64,000 bases of DNA from a virus, in IMG/VR virus record IMGVR_UViG_2663762850_000003. One strand, 5' to 3'. Of this stretch, positions 10,646 through 20,720 are shown piece by piece; the stretch's first letter is position 1, and every line of letters starts with the position of its first letter. Below the pieces are notes generated by a model that was given only the letters and a program-made list of their open reading frames with translations, was not told the DNA's origin and ran no database searches. Both the position numbers and the translations under genes were made by a program.

Positions 10646-11101
10646 TTACCCGATGAGGTTTTCAGTGGCTTCCGGTTCCAGATACGGAACGCCGTCAATA
10701 TTAATAAAGCGCGGATCGGTGACCTGGTATTTCACCTTACGCGTGGACAGCGCGCCGCCCTTCGGATCGATGTCCAGAATGCTGCTCAGGTTCATCTTGC
10801 AGCCGAACGCCTCCACCTTTGATTCCTCATCGCCCGCTTTCGCGTAAAAGAGGTAATCCACCGGCGGGATACCGCGCCAGGAGCCATAACGCTGGGCCAG
10901 CCCCTTGAGCACGGCCAGCGCCTTGATGCTGAACTCAATTTCGCCTTCGGCAGACACATCGCCATCCACGAAACCATCCGGCACGCCCCGCGTCTGTACT
11001 GCCGTGGTGTTGTCGGTAATGTCGAGCGTGATTTTTTCGGCATGGACAAGCGTGCCGTCGATGTAAAAATCAAAAGACATACCGGAAATACGCTTACTCA
11101 T
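10646..11101 (-). CDS. Tail tube protein (HP1-type, DUF2597-like)
   Basis: 151 aa directly after sheath; MSKRISGMSFD N-terminus. Confidence 0.8.
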   Translation of the reverse strand: MSKRISGMSFDFYIDGTLVHAEKITLDITDNTTAVQTRGVPDGFVDGDVSAEGEIEFSIKALAVLKGLAQRYGSWRGIPPVDYLFYAKAGDEESKVEAFGCKMNLSSILDIDPKGGALSTRKVKYQVTDPRFINIDGVPYLEPEATENLIG

Positions 11102-12225
11102 GCGCTGGCCTCCAGACTCTGATCAAGCACCAGGCTAATCGAAATTTGCAGCGGCACTTCATACGTGCGCACCACGATATAAATTTCCACCTGCTTTTTG
11201 GTTTTCCAGACGATGGACACGTCGCCATCCTGCGGCGGCTTCACTTCACCGGGAAACGTCACGCCGTTGATTTCAGCGGCCTTTGACATTTCGCGCAGCG
11301 GCCTGGCAAACAGCGACTGATGCGCCGCAATACTGCCCGGCGTACTGTTCAGCGAGCGATCCGCAATCTTGCCGATGGCCAGCAGACGCACACGGCGGGC
11401 CGCTTTATCCGCGATGCGCAGCGTTTCGATAGACTGATAATCACCGCCTTCCACATCCAGCGTGCGCCCGTCTGCCCAGTAGATGCCGTCATAATCGGGA
11501 TACCACATCGGCACGCTGTAGCGCTGCGACTCCAGCGCGCGCAGCGTCGCCAGCTCCAGCACCGCGCCGGTGCCGTCCACCGGCATTTCATCGCTGCCAG
11601 TATTCAGCAGCGCGCCGGTTTTCACGCGCGCCGGGCTGTCGGCAATGGTCACGGCACGGTTACACAGCCGCCCGGCCAGCACGCCCGGCTCGTTACCCCA
11701 GAGGCGGGGAACCAGCTGCACCGCCTTTTCGGCAATCCCGGCCTGTAGCTCAGAAAGGCGCTTGAGGTAATCCGCCTGCCCTTCGTCGGGCTGCATTCCC
11801 TGCACGGCCAGGGCAAACCATACCCAGCGGCCATATTTTGCAATCAGCGTCGATCGCAGCGTGGCGGCCTGGTTAATCACGGATTTGTCGGACACATCAT
11901 CCGAAAGCACCACGCCTTCCACGGAACACGACACCTGCGCGGCCAGTACGGCATTTACCCACGCATCCGCCCCGGCATCCGCAGCCAGCGGATGCACAAA
12001 CGCCCACCAGTTCTGGCCCGCGTTCGCCTGCGCCGCCTTCAAATCACGCTTAAGCGGGCTGTCGGCGGCACCCAGCAGCGCATCAAAATCCGTCTGCGCG
12101 GTGACGGCCAGCGTTTTGCCGGTATTGGTTTTAGCCGTGCCGGTAAACAAGACCACGCGCTCCACCTCACTGGTTTCGCCCTGTAGCTGGTTTACCTGGT
12201 TCACGTCCACACTTGGCCAGGTCAT
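11098..12225 (-). CDS. Tail sheath protein (HP1-type, DUF2586-like)
   Basis: 375 aa; MTWPSV.VNQ.NQLQG start; synteny. Confidence 0.82.
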   Translation of the reverse strand: MTWPSVDVNQVNQLQGETSEVERVVLFTGTAKTNTGKTLAVTAQTDFDALLGAADSPLKRDLKAAQANAGQNWWAFVHPLAADAGADAWVNAVLAAQVSCSVEGVVLSDDVSDKSVINQAATLRSTLIAKYGRWVWFALAVQGMQPDEGQADYLKRLSELQAGIAEKAVQLVPRLWGNEPGVLAGRLCNRAVTIADSPARVKTGALLNTGSDEMPVDGTGAVLELATLRALESQRYSVPMWYPDYDGIYWADGRTLDVEGGDYQSIETLRIADKAARRVRLLAIGKIADRSLNSTPGSIAAHQSLFARPLREMSKAAEINGVTFPGEVKPPQDGDVSIVWKTKKQVEIYIVVRTYEVPLQISISLVLDQSLEASA

Positions 12226-12932
12226 ACTCTCCCCCTGATATCCTGCGCATTCACATCCCAGCCAAAGCCGATGGCTTGCAGCTGGCGCGCCAGCGCCTTG
12301 TTAAATTCTTCGTCGCTCATGCCGAGAAAGGCACGCGCGGGAAGGTCGATTGTCCAGCTTGTTTTTGCTGCCCTGCCGGTCAGTTTGCGGATCAGCAAAC
12401 CGGCCTGCGCATAAGGCATCGTTTCGGTAATCTCGCGGTAGGTGGGCTTTTTCATCCGCTTCCCGCGCTTCACCTGATACCCCAGCGCCCGCAGCTTTTT
12501 GGCCTGGGCGATGGTGGCCATTTTTCCCGCCGTCGCCTCGCGCGGCTGCGCGCTGCGGTTGATGCGCATCTTCATGCCGTTCTGCTGGCTCCAGGCCACG
12601 GCACCGGCAGAAACCGGTGTTTTGCCGTTGCGGTAGCCGCCGCCCGCCAGATAAACCCTCACCGCGTCGATTTCCGGCATTTCCCGGATATGCAGCAGCT
12701 TCGGCATGTTGCGCAGCATCTTCCCTTTGCGCTTCGTCTGACGGCCCGGCCATGCCTGGCCATCCGGTGACTGCTGATTGCGCACGTTGCGTTTTGCCGC
12801 GGCGATCAGCCCGTATTTCGCAAGACGCCACAGCAGACGCTGACGCTTTCGGGGCGGCAGCTCCAGACTGGCCAGCGCCCCGCGCAAATCGGCCAGCTGC
12901 TTTTTGTTAAGCTCTCCGCCGACAAACATCAT
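12222..12932 (-). CDS. Virion morphogenesis / tail completion protein (gpS-like)
   Basis: RNVRNQQSPDG..W..R motif; position before sheath. Confidence 0.8.
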   Translation of the reverse strand: MMFVGGELNKKQLADLRGALASLELPPRKRQRLLWRLAKYGLIAAAKRNVRNQQSPDGQAWPGRQTKRKGKMLRNMPKLLHIREMPEIDAVRVYLAGGGYRNGKTPVSAGAVAWSQQNGMKMRINRSAQPREATAGKMATIAQAKKLRALGYQVKRGKRMKKPTYREITETMPYAQAGLLIRKLTGRAAKTSWTIDLPARAFLGMSDEEFNKALARQLQAIGFGWDVNAQDIRGRV

Positions 12933-13429
12933 CCTTGCCCTACCGGTGCGCCGGTTTCATCCACCCCGTACACCTGCGCGCTTAACGCCGTCCAGATTTC
13001 CGGATCAACCAGTGACCAGCGCTCGCCGCGAAACGGGATAGCGCCTTTCTCATCCCTGCGGATCACCAGTTCTTCCACCAGTGGCACAGTCAGCACCACC
13101 GTGGCGGTTTCCGCATCCTCCACCGTGACATCCCACTGCGGATCGGCATCGGTAATCCCGATATGCTCCATCAGCTCGCTGCCGTACTCGTCCAGCCAGG
13201 CTTCCAGCAGCGAAACCAGCAGCTGCGGCGGGCAGAGGCGATACGGGAAACGCTCCCAGCTCAGTAAAGCGTTGTAGCGGATCAGCGCCTGCCGGTACTG
13301 GTCAAGGCCCATCTCTTTGGCCGCCGGCACTACCTGCATCTCATCGATCACGCTGTCAAAGCCCTGCCGGGCGCGCTCAGGGATGTTTTCACTGAAAAAA
13401 TCGGTCAGTGATTCCAGCTGCGTTTTCAT
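12929..13429 (-). CDS. Tail completion protein (gpR-like)
   Basis: 166 aa between head completion and gpS-like genes. Confidence 0.72.
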   Translation of the reverse strand: MKTQLESLTDFFSENIPERARQGFDSVIDEMQVVPAAKEMGLDQYRQALIRYNALLSWERFPYRLCPPQLLVSLLEAWLDEYGSELMEHIGITDADPQWDVTVEDAETATVVLTVPLVEELVIRRDEKGAIPFRGERWSLVDPEIWTALSAQVYGVDETGAPVGQG

Positions 13430-13878
13430 ACTTTTTTCACCGTGGCCCGTTTAAGCCCCTTCATGCGCCGGATGGCCACCGAGGCTTCGGCCAGCAGTCC
13501 GGCGCGGGTTTCGTCACTTTCCTGCCCCGGATGGGTTTCACGTCGCCCGATAGTGGCAAACTCGCCCAGCAAATCCGCTTTGGCGCGGGCAAATACGGCT
13601 TTCGTGTACTGCGCGCAGAGCCCGTTAATGCCTGCCATCATCACGCCCGGCACATCCGCTGCCGACGCATGGCCCTGCGCCCTGTGCATGGCCTCCACGC
13701 TGACCAGCTCCGCATTGACTTCCATCACGGCGGCAATCAGCGCCTGCGCGATGGTGTCCGCCTCGATATCCGGCGGTAGTGCGCGCTGTGCCTGAAAATC
13801 TTTCAGGTTCAGATCCGGCCAGAAGCCGTTATTGGTCAGCGGTGCATCCTGGTATTCCAGCGGCCTGCCGTTAAACAT
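13426..13878 (-). CDS. Head completion/stabilisation protein (gpL-like)
   Basis: NNGFWPDL motif; start moved to ATG 13878 (MFNG). Confidence 0.82.
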   Translation of the reverse strand: MFNGRPLEYQDAPLTNNGFWPDLNLKDFQAQRALPPDIEADTIAQALIAAVMEVNAELVSVEAMHRAQGHASAADVPGVMMAGINGLCAQYTKAVFARAKADLLGEFATIGRRETHPGQESDETRAGLLAEASVAIRRMKGLKRATVKKV

Positions 13879-13974
13879 GAATCCCCCGAATAAAAAGGCG
13901 GGCTGACCGGCGTCCACGGCGCATTACACAGTGTGTTTTGCCCTCAGCCGCGCCCGCCTGGCTTGCGGTAGTCG

Positions 13975-14673
13975 TTACTTCGTCAGGCTGCGGATACGCG
14001 CGCCAATCTGCGCACGCATCGTTCCCACCCCGACGCGCTTATAAAGCTTTTCTGCTGACGCCAGCAGCGCATCGGCCTTTTCCAGCGTCTCCACATCATC
14101 CAGCGCCGTGGCGCGTGGCTGACCTTCGTCATCACGCAGCATCAACAGCCCGGCGAACTTGAACCATTTCGCCGTGATTTGCTCATGCAGACGCCAGCAC
14201 TGCGTGACCTTCTCAAAGGTCTGCGAAAAATAGGGTTCGACACTTTCACCCGCTGCCGCCGTGGCTTCCGCCCAGCTCAGGACGGTATCCGCCACAAATG
14301 CCGGGAAGTGGCTGCGGATTTCCTCAGGCGTCGGCTGCTGCTGTTCAATGGCGATATCTGCCCAAGCCAGCGCCTTTTCGAAATCGCCCGCATCAAACAG
14401 CCACACCACGCACCACGCAAAAACCGGATTGGCATACACCTGGCCGCCGGACAGATACGATTCCACAGTCGGAACCCATTTCGGCAGCAGCACATCACGC
14501 TTGTACGCTTCACGGTCTGCGATGGTCGGCAGGCTGCGCACGTAGGCAACGTCGTTATTCAGCGCCTGAATCTGCAAATGCAGGCTTTCAGCGCGCTCCA
14601 CGGCCTCGCGGCGCAGCAGCTGCTGTTCCATCGCAATGCGCTGGCTGTGTCGCTGTGCGGGTGAAAGTGCCAT
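13975..14673 (-). CDS. Terminase small (endonuclease) subunit (gpM-like)
   Basis: MALSPAQRH start; WLFD.GD...AL.WA..AI motif. Confidence 0.85.
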   Translation of the reverse strand: MALSPAQRHSQRIAMEQQLLRREAVERAESLHLQIQALNNDVAYVRSLPTIADREAYKRDVLLPKWVPTVESYLSGGQVYANPVFAWCVVWLFDAGDFEKALAWADIAIEQQQPTPEEIRSHFPAFVADTVLSWAEATAAAGESVEPYFSQTFEKVTQCWRLHEQITAKWFKFAGLLMLRDDEGQPRATALDDVETLEKADALLASAEKLYKRVGVGTMRAQIGARIRSLTK

Positions 14674-14676
14674 CGG

Positions 14677-15699
14677 TTAGCCCTCCGCTGGCTCAGTGAC
14701 CTGGCCGATGGTCACGGCGTTTTCGTCAATGGCCGCGTACAGCTCCGGCACTTCAACGGCGTAACCTTCGTTGCGCAGGTATTTGTTTTCAAACTGCTTA
14801 CGGTCATCCACAAACTCAGCCTTACGCTGGCGCGTGCCGCGCTGGGTGTAGATGTGCAGGTTACTCAGCGGCGTTACCACCATGCGCTTGCCCGGCATAA
14901 ACGGCGGCACGATGGCCGGACGGCCCGCGATGGTACTGCCCAGCATCTGGGCGGCGATTTTCTCGCTGGGGCGGTCTGCGCTCTGGTACAGGCGGTACTG
15001 TTCAGCCGCCACCAGGTCAGCGCCGACCAGCACCACCAGACGCGGGTCATTGCGGTACTGCTGCGGTATTTTGGTGTTGATGAGGTCGGAGGCCATCGCA
15101 TCCAGCGAGCGGTAATCCCCTTTGTCATCCAGCGTGACGGCATCGGTGATAATTTGCTTACCGGCCTCAAAGCCTTTCATGAGCTTGTGCCAGCCGATGT
15201 TCACATCCTCGCCGTTCGGGTTTTTCTCCGGATCGGTTGTTTTTTCCACGCGATCACCGTTAAAACCGATGCGCAGCATATCCAGCGCAAACGCCTGGTT
15301 AGAGAAGGTCTGAACGAGGTTGAAAAACTCGTTTTCCTCTTTACCGGCATTTGCCCAGACGGACAGCAAATCCCACTTAAGCGCGGCGCAGGAATCGGTT
15401 TCGACCAGCTTATAGTCGTTACCGTCCACACCGACGCTACGCATGAAGCGACCGCCTTCTTTACGCCCGGTATGCAGCGCCGAGGAACCCACGCTGACCA
15501 CCTGGCCGGACAGCTGATCGACATCCGCGCAGGTAATCATGTTGAGAAATTCCACCGCTTCCAGCAGCGCCAGGCGCAGCGCGGTTTCTTTCGGGTCAGT
15601 CAGCGAGAAATAACGGTCGGTCTGCTGGACGTTATAGCCCTGGCAGAGTGCCGCCGAATATGCGCCAATGAGATCACGCGCACGTTGATTAAGTTGCAT
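14677..15699 (-). CDS. Major capsid protein, P2 family (gpN-like)
   Basis: 340 aa; LDMLRIGFNG and NPNGEDVNIGW motifs. Confidence 0.92.
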   Translation of the reverse strand: MQLNQRARDLIGAYSAALCQGYNVQQTDRYFSLTDPKETALRLALLEAVEFLNMITCADVDQLSGQVVSVGSSALHTGRKEGGRFMRSVGVDGNDYKLVETDSCAALKWDLLSVWANAGKEENEFFNLVQTFSNQAFALDMLRIGFNGDRVEKTTDPEKNPNGEDVNIGWHKLMKGFEAGKQIITDAVTLDDKGDYRSLDAMASDLINTKIPQQYRNDPRLVVLVGADLVAAEQYRLYQSADRPSEKIAAQMLGSTIAGRPAIVPPFMPGKRMVVTPLSNLHIYTQRGTRQRKAEFVDDRKQFENKYLRNEGYAVEVPELYAAIDENAVTIGQVTEPAEG

Positions 15700-15759
15700 A
15701 ATGTTCCCTCGCGTTAACGCGATATAAATTAATTCCCGGTTACAGGAACGAAGGCGAAA

Positions 15760-16584
15760 TTAAAGCACGTTAAAACGCGGCTTCTTATCCTGCTGGCCGA
15801 AATTACGTTTCGGCAGCTTCGTGATTTTTTCGTCCAGCTTGCCAAAATTCGCCAGAATGGTGCCGAGGTTATCGCGCAGGCGCGCGAAATCTTCGGTATC
15901 CATGACTTCGGCCACCTTGTCCATATCGCCGGACAATTCTTTCAACTGGGTTTCGACCACACTCACACGGCCTTCCAGTTCATTGACGGCATTAGCCAGC
16001 ACATTAAGCTGATCGTCGCCTGATGGGGTTTCCGTTTCATCGCCCTCAGCAAAGTTTTTCGTTTTCGGTTTAAGACCAAAATAAGACTGCCAGTTATTTT
16101 TCATTTCGTTTTCCTGAATAAATTTACCGTCGCGGGTAATTACACATCCGTAATAACCTGCTTTATTGACCTTGCGCCTGTTAAAGCGCAGCCGGGTTGT
16201 TCCCACGCTGGCCGGTCTGTCAGTCACCGCCAGCCCTTCCAGATAGGTACGGCCCGTATTGCGAAAGTTGCCGTCTGGCGTCAGTTCCACAGAGAAATAG
16301 ATAAGCTGGTCATAGCGGTTCGCTTCGAGCAGGTAAGCATTGGGCCGTATCTGGGCATAAAGGCGATATAACCCGTCTTCCCCTTCCTCCCCCATTACAT
16401 CCAGCACTTCACCAAAGTTTCCGCAGTTCTTTTCGTGTTCGGGCCAGATTAATGCACCGTACCACTGCCGGTTATAAGTTTCAGCAGCATCAACCAGCCA
16501 CTGCCTTTTTAATTCCCGGCCATCAACCGTATCTCCTTCCGTTGCGATGCAAAGCCAGTCAGTGCGTAAATGCGATTGCGACAT
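15760..16584 (-). CDS. Capsid scaffolding/protease protein (gpO-like)
   Basis: CIATEGDTVDGR and YLEGLAVTD.PAS.GT motifs. Confidence 0.9.
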   Translation of the reverse strand: MSQSHLRTDWLCIATEGDTVDGRELKRQWLVDAAETYNRQWYGALIWPEHEKNCGNFGEVLDVMGEEGEDGLYRLYAQIRPNAYLLEANRYDQLIYFSVELTPDGNFRNTGRTYLEGLAVTDRPASVGTTRLRFNRRKVNKAGYYGCVITRDGKFIQENEMKNNWQSYFGLKPKTKNFAEGDETETPSGDDQLNVLANAVNELEGRVSVVETQLKELSGDMDKVAEVMDTEDFARLRDNLGTILANFGKLDEKITKLPKRNFGQQDKKPRFNVL

Positions 16585-16665
16585 ATCCCCCCTGATTGCC
16601 TGCCATCATGTTGCAGAATGAATTATTACGAAATAAACCCGACGCCGCACGCCGCTTTATTCTTA

Positions 16666-16707
16666 TCAGTTCGGATATAACGCCTTTCCCGAATAAGTAC
16701 GAACTGA
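16666..16707. promoter_or_regulatory. Inverted repeat in the divergent late-promoter region
   Basis: TCAGTTCG-N26-CGAACTGA between divergent gpO-like and gpP-like genes. Confidence 0.4.
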
Positions 16708-16748
16708 CGGCACCGTTTTATAAAAAAGGCGCAGGCATAATAAAGGCT

Positions 16749-18527
16749 ATGGCTAAATACTCAGACGAATTAAAAGGCGTTGTACGCTCGCTTTACCTGC
16801 GCCGCTATACGCCAAAAGAAATAGCATCAGAATTAAATCTGCCGAATGCGCGGATCGTTTACTACTGGGCGGAAAAATACAGCTGGGCGGATTTACTCAG
16901 CATGGAAAGCACAGAGGATGCGATTGAGCGCCGCTATCAGCTGCTTGCCGGGCGGGATAACAAAACCGACCTGGATTTAAAAGAGATGGACATGCTGATC
17001 GCGCACGCCACTAAACTGCGGGCGCAGAGCAACAAGCATAAAGAGAAGCTGGCAACCAGCCAGGGCGTCGCGCGTGCAGCTGCGACCGCAGACGAGAGCG
17101 ACGACGACCAGCCAAAGCGCAAACGCAAATACAAAAAGAATGACATTTCCGGGCTGTCAGAGGACGACTTTAACGCCTGGGCGGATGAACACCTTTTCGG
17201 GTATCAGAAACACCTGCGCGCCAACATTGGCCAGCAGGTGCGCAACATCCTTAAAAGCCGCCAGATTGGTGCCACCTGGTACTTTGCGTTTGAGGCGTTT
17301 GAAAACGCCGTGCTGACGGGCGATCCGCAGATTTTCCTTTCCGCGTCAAAAGCCCAGGCAGAGGTTTTCCGCTCCTATATCGTCAACATCGCGGAGCAGT
17401 ATTTCGGCGTCACGCTCACCGGCAACCCGATCCGATTAAGCAACGGCGCCGAGCTGCGCTTTCTGTCCACCAACAAAAACACCGCACAGTCATACAGTGG
17501 TCATTTGTATTGTGACGAATATTTCTGGGTGCCTAACTTCGCGCGGCTTAATGAAGTCGCTTCTGCGATGGCCACCCATGACAAATGGCGCACCACCTAC
17601 TTTTCCACGCCTTCCGCCAAAACACACCAGGCGTATCCGTTCTGGACGGGTGAGGAATGGAAACAGGGCAGCAAGAAACGCGCCGCCGTTCAGTTTCCAT
17701 CATTTGATGAGATGCGCGATGGCGGCCGCCTTTGCCCAGATGGCCAGTGGCGTTACGTCATTACGATGGAAGATGCCATTGCGGGCGGCTTCAACCTGGC
17801 CAACATCGACAAGCTGCGTAACCGCTACAACCCGACCACGTTCAACATGCTCTACATGTGCGTTTTCGTGGACAGTAAGGATTCCGTTTTCAGCTATGGC
17901 GACCTGGAAGCCTGCGCGGTGGAAACCGAGACCTGGCAGGATCATAAACCCGACGCGATGCGCCCCTTTGGTGACAGGGAAGTATGGGGCGGCTTTGACC
18001 CGGCCCGCAGCGGTGATTTTTCCTGCTTTGTGATTGTCGCCCCGCCGCTGTTTGCAGGTGAGAAATTCCGCGTCCTGCGGGTGTTCAACTGGAAAGGAAT
18101 GAATTTCCGCTGGCAGGCCAAGCAGATTGAGCAGCTTTTCAAAAAATACAACTTCACCTATCTGGGCGTTGATGTAACCGGCATTGGTCAGGGCGTGTTC
18201 GACAACATTCAGCATTTTGCGCTGCGCGTCGCCGTGCCAATCCGCTATGACCGCAACACCAAAAATCAGCTGGTACTCAAGGCCGCTGACGTGGTGGAAA
18301 GCCAGCGCATTGAGTGGGATAAGGAGCTGAAAGAAATTCCGGCCAGCTTTATGGCCATCCGCCGCACCACCACGCAGGCCGGTGGCGCCATGACCTTTGT
18401 CGCAGATCGCAGCACGGACACCGGACACGCCGAGGCGTTCTGGGCCATCGCGCACGCCCTGCATAACGAACCCCTTAACTATGAAAACCGACCAAAATCG
18501 CGTTGGAGGCTCAGACAATCCGCATGA
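16749..18527 (+). CDS. Terminase ATPase subunit (gpP-like)
   Basis: Start moved to ATG 16749 (MAKYSDEL); ILKSRQIGATW Walker A, LYCDEYFW Walker B. Confidence 0.92.
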   Translation: MAKYSDELKGVVRSLYLRRYTPKEIASELNLPNARIVYYWAEKYSWADLLSMESTEDAIERRYQLLAGRDNKTDLDLKEMDMLIAHATKLRAQSNKHKEKLATSQGVARAAATADESDDDQPKRKRKYKKNDISGLSEDDFNAWADEHLFGYQKHLRANIGQQVRNILKSRQIGATWYFAFEAFENAVLTGDPQIFLSASKAQAEVFRSYIVNIAEQYFGVTLTGNPIRLSNGAELRFLSTNKNTAQSYSGHLYCDEYFWVPNFARLNEVASAMATHDKWRTTYFSTPSAKTHQAYPFWTGEEWKQGSKKRAAVQFPSFDEMRDGGRLCPDGQWRYVITMEDAIAGGFNLANIDKLRNRYNPTTFNMLYMCVFVDSKDSVFSYGDLEACAVETETWQDHKPDAMRPFGDREVWGGFDPARSGDFSCFVIVAPPLFAGEKFRVLRVFNWKGMNFRWQAKQIEQLFKKYNFTYLGVDVTGIGQGVFDNIQHFALRVAVPIRYDRNTKNQLVLKAADVVESQRIEWDKELKEIPASFMAIRRTTTQAGGAMTFVADRSTDTGHAEAFWAIAHALHNEPLNYENRPKSRWRLRQSA

Positions 18528-19561
18528 GTAAGAAGAAATTCCGCGCCGCAAAGCGCCAGGACAGCAGCAAACCGGCGCGCAGCATGAGCATTCTGCGCTT
18601 CGGCAAACCCGAACCCGTACTGACCACCGGCACAGATTATCGCGATGTGTGGTATGACAATGACGCCGAACACTACACGCTGCCGATTGACCGGCTGGCG
18701 CTGGCGCAGCTTATTAACCTGAACGGCCAGCACGGCGGCATCATTCATGCACGCAAAAACATGGTTCTGGCTGATTATCAGGGCGGCGGTCTGTCGCGCG
18801 ATGAGATGGAGGCTGGCGCCTTTGATTTTCTGACGTTCGGCGACGTGGCCATCCTGAAGGTGCGCAACGGCTGGGGTGACGTGATCGGCCTGGCACCGCT
18901 GCCGGGGCTCTACACCCGCCGCCGCAAAACCGGTGAATTTGTCGTGCTACAGGATGGCGAGCCAATTGTTTACCCGCGGGACGACATCATTTTCATCAAG
19001 ATGTATGACCCGCAGCAGCACATCTATGGCCTGCCGGATTACATCGGCGGCATTCACTCCGCCCTCTTGAATAGTGAGGCGGTGATTTTTCGCCGCCGCT
19101 ATTACCACAACGGCGCGCATACCGGCGGCATTCTCTACACGCGCGATCCGAGCCTGACCGATGAGATGGAAGAAGAAATCGAACGCCAGCTACGTGACAG
19201 CAAAGGCATTGGCAACTTTTCAACCATACTGGTGAACATTCCGGGCGGCGATAAAGAAGGCGTGCAGTTTATTCAGATGGGGGATATTTCCGCAAAGGAC
19301 GAGTTTGCCAGCGTGAAAAACATCAGTGCGCAGGACGTGCTGAACGCCCACCGGTTCCCGGCAGGGCTCGCCGGTATCATCCCGGAAAATGCTGCCGGTC
19401 TGGGCGACGTTGAGAAAGCAGAGAGAACGTATAAAAAGAACGAGGTGGCCCCCATTCAGCGCCGGTTCATGCAGGCGGTAAATACCGATCCGGAGGTGCC
19501 GGAACGCCTTCAGCTAAATTTTGATTTAAGCTACCTGGAAGCGGGCCGGGAAGGTGCATGA
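18524..19561 (+). CDS. Portal protein, PBSX/P2 family (gpQ-like)
   Basis: ATG 18524 overlaps terminase stop; YGLPDY.GG..SALLN and RRYY.NGAH.G motifs. Confidence 0.92.
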   Translation: MSKKKFRAAKRQDSSKPARSMSILRFGKPEPVLTTGTDYRDVWYDNDAEHYTLPIDRLALAQLINLNGQHGGIIHARKNMVLADYQGGGLSRDEMEAGAFDFLTFGDVAILKVRNGWGDVIGLAPLPGLYTRRRKTGEFVVLQDGEPIVYPRDDIIFIKMYDPQQHIYGLPDYIGGIHSALLNSEAVIFRRRYYHNGAHTGGILYTRDPSLTDEMEEEIERQLRDSKGIGNFSTILVNIPGGDKEGVQFIQMGDISAKDEFASVKNISAQDVLNAHRFPAGLAGIIPENAAGLGDVEKAERTYKKNEVAPIQRRFMQAVNTDPEVPERLQLNFDLSYLEAGREGA

Positions 19562-19614
19562 TGATGCAAAAAAGGTTAAAATCCAGGCATATTTTGGCAG
19601 CTGGAGCATGGAAT

Positions 19615-19884
19615 ATGCGCGTTTTAAAAATCGAATGCCCGGAGTGCGGCTCTAAGGCTGTTATTCGTAAAACTAACCGGAAGCACCGGCAGATATCAGA
19701 TATTTACTGCGCCTGTGCTGACGTGGAGTGTGGCCATACTTTCGTAATGAATCTGACGTTCTCACACACCCTCAGCCCAAGCGCGAAAACCGGCGACGCG
19801 ATGGTGCAAAAGATCTTAAGCGCTCTGTCGCCGGATCAAAAACAAATGGCGCTGGACTTACTGAAAGCCGCGCCTGCTGTGTGA
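19615..19884 (+). CDS. ogr: Ogr/Delta-family zinc-finger late transcription activator
   Basis: CPECG...YCAC.DVECGHTF Cys4 finger; start moved to ATG 19615 (MRVLKIEC). Confidence 0.88.
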   Translation: MRVLKIECPECGSKAVIRKTNRKHRQISDIYCACADVECGHTFVMNLTFSHTLSPSAKTGDAMVQKILSALSPDQKQMALDLLKAAPAV

Positions 19885-20082
19885 GTTATAAGACCCCCTT
19901 TCCTGGGGGTTTTCTTTATCTAAACGGTACTTATCAAGGTTTCTTTCCAGCGAACCGGTCATTTCGCCCAGCCACTGTAACGCCAGCTCTTTCTCACTAT
20001 GTGTACAATCACCGCTCGCTACTAACTTCGTAAACAAGATGATGCGCTGTAATTCCACAGTTTCTAACAACAGATCCCGCAC
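19858..20082 (-). CDS. tum: Tum-like SOS-inducible antirepressor (short form)
   Basis: LQRIILFTKLVASGDCTHSEKELALQWLGEM resembles the N-terminus of phage 186 Tum as recalled; GTG 20082 with GGAGG RBS; LexA box upstream. Confidence 0.65.
   Translation of the reverse strand: MRDLLLETVELQRIILFTKLVASGDCTHSEKELALQWLGEMTGSLERNLDKYRLDKENPQERGSYNSHSRRGFQ
19893..19917 (+). terminator. Intrinsic terminator after ogr
   Basis: ACCCCC-TTTCCT-GGGGGT followed by TTTCTTT. Confidence 0.6.
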
Positions 20083-20104
20083 GGCCCCTCCCTTCCATAA
20101 AACA

Positions 20105-20120
20105 CTGTACATATAAACAG
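20105..20120. promoter_or_regulatory. LexA (SOS) box
   Basis: CTGTACATATAAACAG matches CTG-N10-CAG with AT-rich core, about 23 nt upstream of the tum-like start. Confidence 0.8.
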
Positions 20121-20294
20121 TATATTACCTTAAAAACACCTGTAAACAATGATTTCGTTTTGAAACTATCTCTGTATTTACAAGAGCTTTGGCCGACTAA
20201 CTTCACCGCAGCTTGCTTAAGTCTTGAACCATCAGATGCACAAAAAAACCGCAAAATTGCGGCTTTTTGTATATTTATTACTGAAAAATACTCG

Positions 20295-20720
20295 TTACGA
20301 AAAATCGTTTACTACCTGAACGATAACCATGTTTTCGCCTGGGGGGCTGTTAACATATATGGTTTCTTGAGGATCGCTGCCATGCCAACAAGTCGCTTTG
20401 ATATCGCACTTGTCTTGCTTCTCAAACCCTTTGTTTAACAGGTATTCATCAACCTTCGTAGTATCCATAGTGCCATAAAACTTAACCACATTTACATGAG
20501 CGGCGGGCCCGGTAACATTCATGAAAATGAATTCATATTTCTCGGAAATCCGTGGCATTTCCTGCAAAATTTCGGGCGTATAGAAGCTGTATTCGCGAGA
20601 GTCCTTTTCTGTGTAATGAGCACTCTCTGCGAACTCCATTTTTATAAACGGAATTGCGTAAATGATAAAGCCACATAACAGCACTACCAGGCTTAGAAGG
20701 ATTTTGGTCTTTTTATGCAT
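20295..20720 (-). CDS. Cargo: N-terminally membrane-anchored/exported protein (immunity-like)
   Basis: 141 aa; MHKKTK then hydrophobic ILLSLVVLLCGFIIYAIPFI; overlaps upstream gene by 8 nt (ATGCATAA). Confidence 0.75.
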   Translation of the reverse strand: MHKKTKILLSLVVLLCGFIIYAIPFIKMEFAESAHYTEKDSREYSFYTPEILQEMPRISEKYEFIFMNVTGPAAHVNVVKFYGTMDTTKVDEYLLNKGFEKQDKCDIKATCWHGSDPQETIYVNSPPGENMVIVQVVNDFS

